Shown here: positions 58,421 through 64,000 of the stretch, piece after piece
How the letters are laid out: each line of letters opens with the position of its first letter
Numbering within the stretch: position 1 is the stretch's first letter
Notes under the pieces: model-generated
What the model saw: the letters and a program-made list of their open reading frames with translations, nothing else
Told to the model about the DNA's origin: nothing
Databases searched by the model: none
Virus record (IMG/VR): IMGVR_UViG_3300021399_000097
Length of the DNA stretch: 64,000 nucleotides
From: a virus
Taxonomy: Duplodnaviria > Heunggongvirae > Uroviricota > Caudoviricetes
Reading direction: 5' to 3' (one strand)
Translations under genes and position numbers: made by a program

Positions 58421-58934
58421 TATCGTAAGTATCGTAGACTTTTCTTAATACTTTGATAACTTCATCAATATCACTTACTAATACGCCTGCTTGTTTGATT
58501 AAGCCAGTGACATAGAGATTCTGATAAGAGTATTGCTGCTCGCCGAGACTTGCGGCACCTCCTCTATCTTTTGCATCGCTATGAGTATTAAAGCACTGAC
58601 GAGTATCAGTACAAACACCAATAATATACTTATTGTCTCCCCTTGCTATTTTTTCGTGGAATTTTCCCACTTCAGCGCACGTGCCAGAAGGAAGAACATC
58701 CCCATCAATACAAGCGATAAGCACATCAGTATTGTCTAACCGAATGTTATCACCATTAGCAATCTCCTATGAACCGGCAAACTTCTTCTTTCCTTCTACA
58801 CCATTTATATCAGTATTTTCTACTGGGCTATAAACATAAGCATCAGGAAATGCTTGCCTAATTTTATTTGCCCATTCAATATTTCTTAAATAATCACCAT
58901 AAAAGAAAATTGGGCCAGCTAAATATATTTTCAT
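58413..58934 (-). CDS. Nucleoside 2-deoxyribosyltransferase / N-glycosidase family protein, 173 aa
   Basis: MKIYLAGPIF, YSP, DVLIACIDG..SGTCAEVG motifs; one TAG read through. Confidence 0.85.
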
Positions 58935-59773
58935 TCTTGTTCTATCTCCTCTATCTCATCTTCATAATATTCTTCATCAAGGTCATCTTCTAAATCTAAA
59001 TCTTCTACATCTTCTAATTCATCACTAAGAATAAAACTTGCATAACAACCACAATATGTATGAAAAGGAGGCCAAGCAGGAACTTCATTTACTGGGAACT
59101 CTCCACAATATGATTCACAATTACTTCGGCATTCTCCTCCACCAAAACATATCTCTACCCATTCACAAAAACCAGATAATTTATCTTTTTGCACTGTAGT
59201 TTGTTGGTAAAGACATTCTGTATATAAGATTTTATCTAACCAATCAATTGCTTGTAATTTATCGGTATAAAAATCAAAGTTTAATTTATCTGGGGTAGGA
59301 TTATCATTTGGATTATCTAAATCTTGATGCAATGTAAAAGGACAAAACCAACGCCGTAACCTTTCAATCATTGTCATTCCATCTTCTTCATAGAATGTAA
59401 TATTACTAATTGGATATTTACGACGTCCATATCGTTTAGTAATAGTTACTGCTGTTAATTTATATACATCTTCTAACATTTCAATAAAGTCTTCCATTAA
59501 TGTATCTTCTAATGTTTGATATAATTTTATAATTTCTTTAGTATTTATTGAAATGTTAGATTTATTACGTCTTTTCTATTCTTTTAAATAATCTAATAAA
59601 TTATATTCTTCATCATTAATTATGATAGTAATTTTTTTTAATTGATTATAATATTTTACTAACAATGTTGAAGAAGAGTTTAAATATTTTTTATGTATAT
59701 CATCAACATCATCCTATAATTTTTTACTATATCTTTTATATTTATTTCTAATAGCAGGAGTAGGTAATGTCAT
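58931..59773 (-). CDS. 280-aa protein with a MuF/SPP1 gp7-like C-terminal Cys/His motif and acidic tail
   Basis: Extended through 2 TAGs to the ATG at 59773; C..C....PPFHTYCGC resembles PPFHPNCRC. Confidence 0.6.
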
Positions 59774-60138
59774 TATACTTCCTCTTCCTCACTATTTACT
59801 ACTGGCTCAACATCTGGAGTAGTAGTATCATTATTCTCCTTCTCTGGGTCAATCAAAAAGAAAATCTTTTTATCCATACGCTGCGCCCAGTCAATTTCAC
59901 CGAATGTGCTTTCACCAATATAACCATCTTGATTGATTACAAAGATAGCATCACTCATATTGATTTTCTGTTTATGTAAATTGTCTAATCTAATTTTATC
60001 TTCAGTAGTTAATTCATCACCATCTGCATGATGAAAAATACCAGGAGCAAGAACAATATGTCCCTACATTGTTAAAGTTTTGTTTGCCATTTCAAATTCA
60101 TTTTTAAATCTTGTACTGCCACATAATGTAATAATCAT
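59773..60138 (-). CDS. 121-aa NDT-like (flavodoxin-like fold) hypothetical protein
   Basis: MIITLCGSTRFK..GHIVLAP..KINMSDAIFVIN..GYIGESTFGEI; one TAG. Confidence 0.7.
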
Positions 60139-60620
60139 TTATTATTCTCCTTTAACACTATAACACGTTGATTTTTAGAACCTCTCATTGGTAAAGTGAT
60201 ATCTCTTTGTTCTAAAATAAAAGGCCCATCAACTAAAACATTTATATTCTTTAATATATTCTACAATAATTTTTCCTATTTGTCAATTAACTGCTCATAT
60301 TTATATCCTGTCCATAAATAAATCTTAATATCAGGATAATGTTTTTTAACTTCTGTAATTACTAAATTAGTTAAAAATAAATTATTCTCATGTAATGGCT
60401 CTCCACCCATAATGCAGAAGTTACGTTGAACACCATTAGCAGATAAAGCATTTATTATATTATCTAATGTCTCTTGAGTAAACTCATAACCACCATTAAA
60501 ATCCCAAGTTTGTTGATTATGACAACCGGGGCAATGGAGGTCACATCCTTGTAAAAAGAATGTGACGCATACTCCTTCACCAGCAGAGATATCATTACGA
60601 ATAATACCTGCGTATCTCAT
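60135..60620 (-). CDS. nrdG: Anaerobic ribonucleotide reductase activating protein (radical SAM), 161 aa
   Basis: GCDLHCPGCHN; MGGEP; C-terminal VDGPF..RGSKNQRVI lies after two TAGs. Confidence 0.92.
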
Positions 60621-60636
60621 ATATATCCCTCCTGTC

Positions 60637-62886
60637 TTATTTCTCTAAATCCCCAGTATGTTTTACACGATGATGTACCTCATCTTGTTTTCCTAAATTA
60701 AATGCTGATGTATAGTCACCAGTTAAATAACCAGTTACTCTACGTAATTGCTGGATATGGGTGCTGCCGCAAATAGGACATTTGCCATTAAACTCACCAG
60801 TAAAACCGCAATCCAAGCAAGTATCATTAGGAACATTAACAGCAAAATATGGAATATCATGGTCCATAGCATAGTTAACAATTTGTTCCAAAGCAGTTAA
60901 ATTATTACGAACAGAACTTTCTAATTCAACATAAGTAATGCATCCAGCATTGCTATATCCCGTTAATTGACTCTCAATATCAATTTTATCAAAAGGAGAA
61001 AGTTTCTTCCATACAGGTACATGCATGCTATTTGTAAAGAATTCTTTATCACTCACATTTTTAATAACTCCATATTTATCTCTAAACTTCTTTAATGCTG
61101 TATAACAAAGGTTTTCAGCAGGCGTATAATAAACACCAAAATTTAAATGTTCTTCTTGTTTAAATTGAGCGCATCTATCTTTGAATAACTACTCAATTCT
61201 CTTTGCAAGTTCCATACCTTTTTCAGTTGTATGGTCGCAGCCAATCAAAATCTGTAATGCTTCTGCCAAACCTAATTGCCCAATAACAAGAGTACCATGC
61301 TTGAGCGCACTATATATTCCTTCTTCTGGAATATACCCACTCATTGTATTATTTTCATACATAAATTTTGCGCTGGCAGGAGATTGAGAACAAATCCAAT
61401 CAAATCTTTCAAGAAGCATATCTCTTGCTTCATAGATTTTTTTATCCAAAAGCTCCATGAAAGCATTAATAATACTTTCTTTTCCATTAGCATATTCATC
61501 ATCGTCTATATTCTATACAGCTTCCATGGCAAGTGTAGGAAGAATAATGGTTACAGGACATATATTACCACGGCCATCTTTACGCTGAGGATTGACTCCT
61601 GGATTTGCATTAATGTCTGCACCGTTGACCGTTCTACAACCCATGGTTGAAAAATAAGTGCAAGGGTCATTTCTATCATATCCCGCATTTCCAGACCAAT
61701 CTACATTAGCATAATTTGGATATAACCTTTTAGCAGTGCTTTGTAATGCTAATTGATATAAATCATAGTTGGGTGTACCAGGTTTATTATTTACACCTTT
61801 CATATACTGGAAAATCCCACATGGGAAAATACTAGTTTTATGGATTTTACCAAGTCCTTCAATGCTTACATCCAAGAGTGCTTGAGTAAACATTCTTCCT
61901 TCTGGAAGAGTACAAGTACCATAATTTAAAGATGTAAAAGGTAACTGGTTACCAGAACGACTTTGTAAAGTATTAAGGTTATGATAAAGACCTTCTACTG
62001 CCTAATGAGTTTCTTTTTCTGTCATATCCATAGCATAATCATAGGCTCTAGGGCAATTTAAATCTTTATAAAAATCACCGTCAATAGATATATTTTTACT
62101 ATCTACATCACTTGAAAGACTGTCAATTATTTTATTTTCAATATAGTGGACTCCATCTTTAAAGTGTTTATAAAAACTTTTACGGATATAGGGAACCATT
62201 GTCCAATCTATATGAGTCGCACTTACTCCACCAAATTGCTGCAAAGATTGAAGTTGGAAAATAACAGCAGTTAATTGGCATGCGGTATTCACAGAACCGG
62301 CCGGCCGCACATCTGTCTATCTGGTATTGAATCCATTAGCAAGTAATTCATCAAAAGGAATACTCAAACAGTTATGAGAACCAACGTAATACGCATCTAA
62401 ATCATGAATATAGATTTCATTATTTTCATGATTTGCTCTTGCCATTGGAGATACTAAATGTTCCAATGCTAATTTTTTAGTCATTACGCTACTGGCTTCA
62501 CCTGTGCGCCCGCCAAATGAATGCTCATCAACATTAGCATTTTGATTTTGAACATCATCTGCTTCTAATTTTTCAATAATTGTATCAATAAAGTCACTCT
62601 AAAAATCTCTTGCAACTTCTTTTCTATATCTATATCTAATATAAGCTCTTGCTACATCTGGACGCTCAGAGCGCATTAGATATTGTTCTACCCAATCCTA
62701 TATCGTTTCTACCGTTACTGCCACAGGACTGTTATCAACTTTATGACTAATCTCTAAAGCTATATCAGTTGCGGTATCATTTTCAAATACTTCTCCATCA
62801 ACTTCTTTAAATGCTTTATTTATTGCACTTATAATCTTATTACAATCAAATGGAACCGCTGTTCCATCTCGTTTAATAATTGTCAT
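60637..62886 (-). CDS. nrdD: Class III (anaerobic) ribonucleoside-triphosphate reductase, 749 aa
   Basis: ATP-cone N-terminus (IIKRDG), MGCRT active-site segment, CLDC..CPIC Zn site, glycyl-radical motif RRVTGYL; five fragments in one frame. Confidence 0.95.
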
Positions 62887-62897
62887 TTTAATTCCTC

Positions 62898-62946
62898 CAA
62901 CTAAATATAGTTAATGTCTTCTCTAGGGTATCATTATATTTAGTTT
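62898..62946 (-). promoter_or_regulatory. Candidate tandem NrdR boxes upstream of nrdD
   Basis: Cores CTAAATATAG (62901-62910) and TTATATTTAG (62934-62943) match CwAtATaTwG at 9/10 and 8/10; starts 33 bp apart. Confidence 0.5.
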
Positions 62947-62952
62947 TTCTTT

Positions 62953-63546
62953 TTATTTTTTTAATGAGATTTGCCCTGACTCCCATGCGGCCGCAATCTA
63001 TTTAGCAATATTATGTATATCTACACCATCGCCATTGGCTACATATAAGTCAGGTTGAATATAATCTATTACCTCATCATTAAAATCTGTTTCGTCAGTT
63101 CCAAATCGTCTAACTATTTCATGACAATCTGGATTACCTTCTCTATTCAGCTGCCTTAATAATCTTGTTTTATCATCTGCTTGTATATAAATTACAAATA
63201 AATTTATATGTATATTATCACGAAGTATTTCTACTCCTTCTGGATTAAATACTCCAATATTTAAATGATTCTATGAAAGATTAGTTAAAGATGTTCCATA
63301 ACACCAGTTATTAAAAACTGTTGCTTCTAACATATCTCCATTAAGAACCTAATCAGTAAATTGTTCTTTTGTAAGATAATGGTAGTCTACTCCATCAACC
63401 TCTCCTTCTCTAATAGGACGAGTCGTACAACTAATAATAGGTCGCGCAATATTAGTAAAAGTCAATTCTTGAAGTAAAGCTTTTAATAGAGTATCTTTTC
63501 CAGAACCAGCTTTTCCCATTATCGCAATAATATTATAATCATTCAT
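62953..63546 (-). CDS. gmk: Guanylate kinase-like nucleotide monophosphate kinase, 197 aa
   Basis: P-loop GKAGSGKD; TTRPIREGEVDGVDYHY; 3 TAGs read through. Confidence 0.85.
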
Positions 63547-63752
63547 AATACCTCATCTCCTATAATTTCTATCCAAGGATATGGCTAAAAAGATGTAGTT
63601 GTATACCCACATTCTTTACAAATATATTTATATTGAACTGGATATGTTGTTAATACAATTGAATCATCTTGTATCATTTCTTTATTACAAATATCACAGT
63701 ATATATTATGTACTATTTTTTGTAAATTATTATATCTTTTTATACTTTCCAT
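63543..63752 (-). CDS. 69-aa Zn-ribbon protein
   Basis: CDICN..CKECG; one TAG; ATGA overlap with gmk; start uncertain (63752 or 63782). Confidence 0.6.
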
Positions 63753-63967
63753 TCTTTTATCGTCCTTATAATTGGATAACATTTTTCATTATGCGTTATT
63801 TGTCCACATTTAGGACATTTATATTGATATCCTATTGGTGGCGTTTTCCAAAACTGCCACCAATGGTGATATTTATTTTCTTGTATTCTTAAAACACTAT
63901 TACAATTATCGCATAAAATATCAGTACGGTTAATTTCTATACACACTTTATTATTAATCGTCTTCAT
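63740..63967 (-). CDS. 75-aa Zn-ribbon protein
   Basis: CDNCN..CPKCG; AAGGAG RBS. Confidence 0.7.
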   Translation of the reverse strand: MKTINNKVCIEINRTDILCDNCNSVLRIQENKYHHWWQFWKTPPIGYQYKCPKCGQITHNEKCYPIIRTIKEWKV

Positions 63968-64000
63968 CTTCCATATCTCCTTGCGCCCTTGTGGTTCTAA

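Larger units (their letters stand above)
1..64000. other. Segment of a large tailed bacteriophage genome using TAG=Gln (code-15-like)
   Basis: Ordered terminase-portal-protease-capsid-tail tube-tape measure-baseplate-fibre module. Genes are interrupted only by TAG; inferred ends are TAA/TGA. Confidence 0.95.

Noticed and set aside
1-64000. TGA reassignment (code 4/25)
   Set aside because: TGA repeatedly marks gene ends with ATGA overlaps or downstream RBSs (e.g. 2856, 9393, 19300, 60135) and was not seen inside conserved domains.
1-64000. Suppressor tRNA-CUA, other tRNAs, CRISPR array, integrase, holin/endolysin
   Set aside because: No T-arm (GTTCRA) cloverleaf, no regularly spaced repeats and no recognisable motifs found by eye. 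They may lie outside the window; tRNAscan-SE/Aragorn should confirm.

Overview
This window is a segment of a large, AT-rich tailed-phage genome with long non-contractile-tail (siphovirus-like) gene content. The host is probably a gut anaerobic Firmicute, inferred from sigmaA-type promoters with extended -10, AGGAGG RBSs, an AbrB-family gene and anaerobic RNR. The genome uses an alternative genetic code. Nearly all long genes are interrupted only by in-frame TAG, several at conserved Gln positions, and every inferred gene end is TAA or TGA, so TAG is read as Gln (code-15-like). The supplied ORF track therefore fragments most genes; coordinates below are rebuilt by hand with TAG=Gln. Layout: (1) 1-2460 is a leftward-transcribed, early-type array of short TAG-free ORFs with five near-perfect TTGACA-17-TATAAT/TATACT promoters, hairpins built around stop codons, and GC-rich structured non-coding DNA. 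(2) 2494-3226 holds a DUF488-like gene and an AbrB-like gene, divergent from the promoter of the morphogenesis operon. (3) 3253-56813 (+) is morphogenesis: two Zn-finger proteins, terminase, nuclease, portal, protease/scaffold, capsid, connectors, tail tube, a 3632-aa tape measure, baseplate and fibre genes, including a 2336-aa protein with a CotH-like kinase, LRR and InlB-B-type repeats. (4) 56950-64000 (-) is nucleotide metabolism: an NCS2 nucleobase permease, two nucleoside-2-deoxyribosyltransferase-fold proteins, a displaced MuF/gp7-like protein, nrdG, nrdD with candidate NrdR boxes, and a guanylate-kinase-like gene. No tRNA, CRISPR array, integrase or lysis gene was recognised. All family assignments come from motif recognition by eye, not from database searches.
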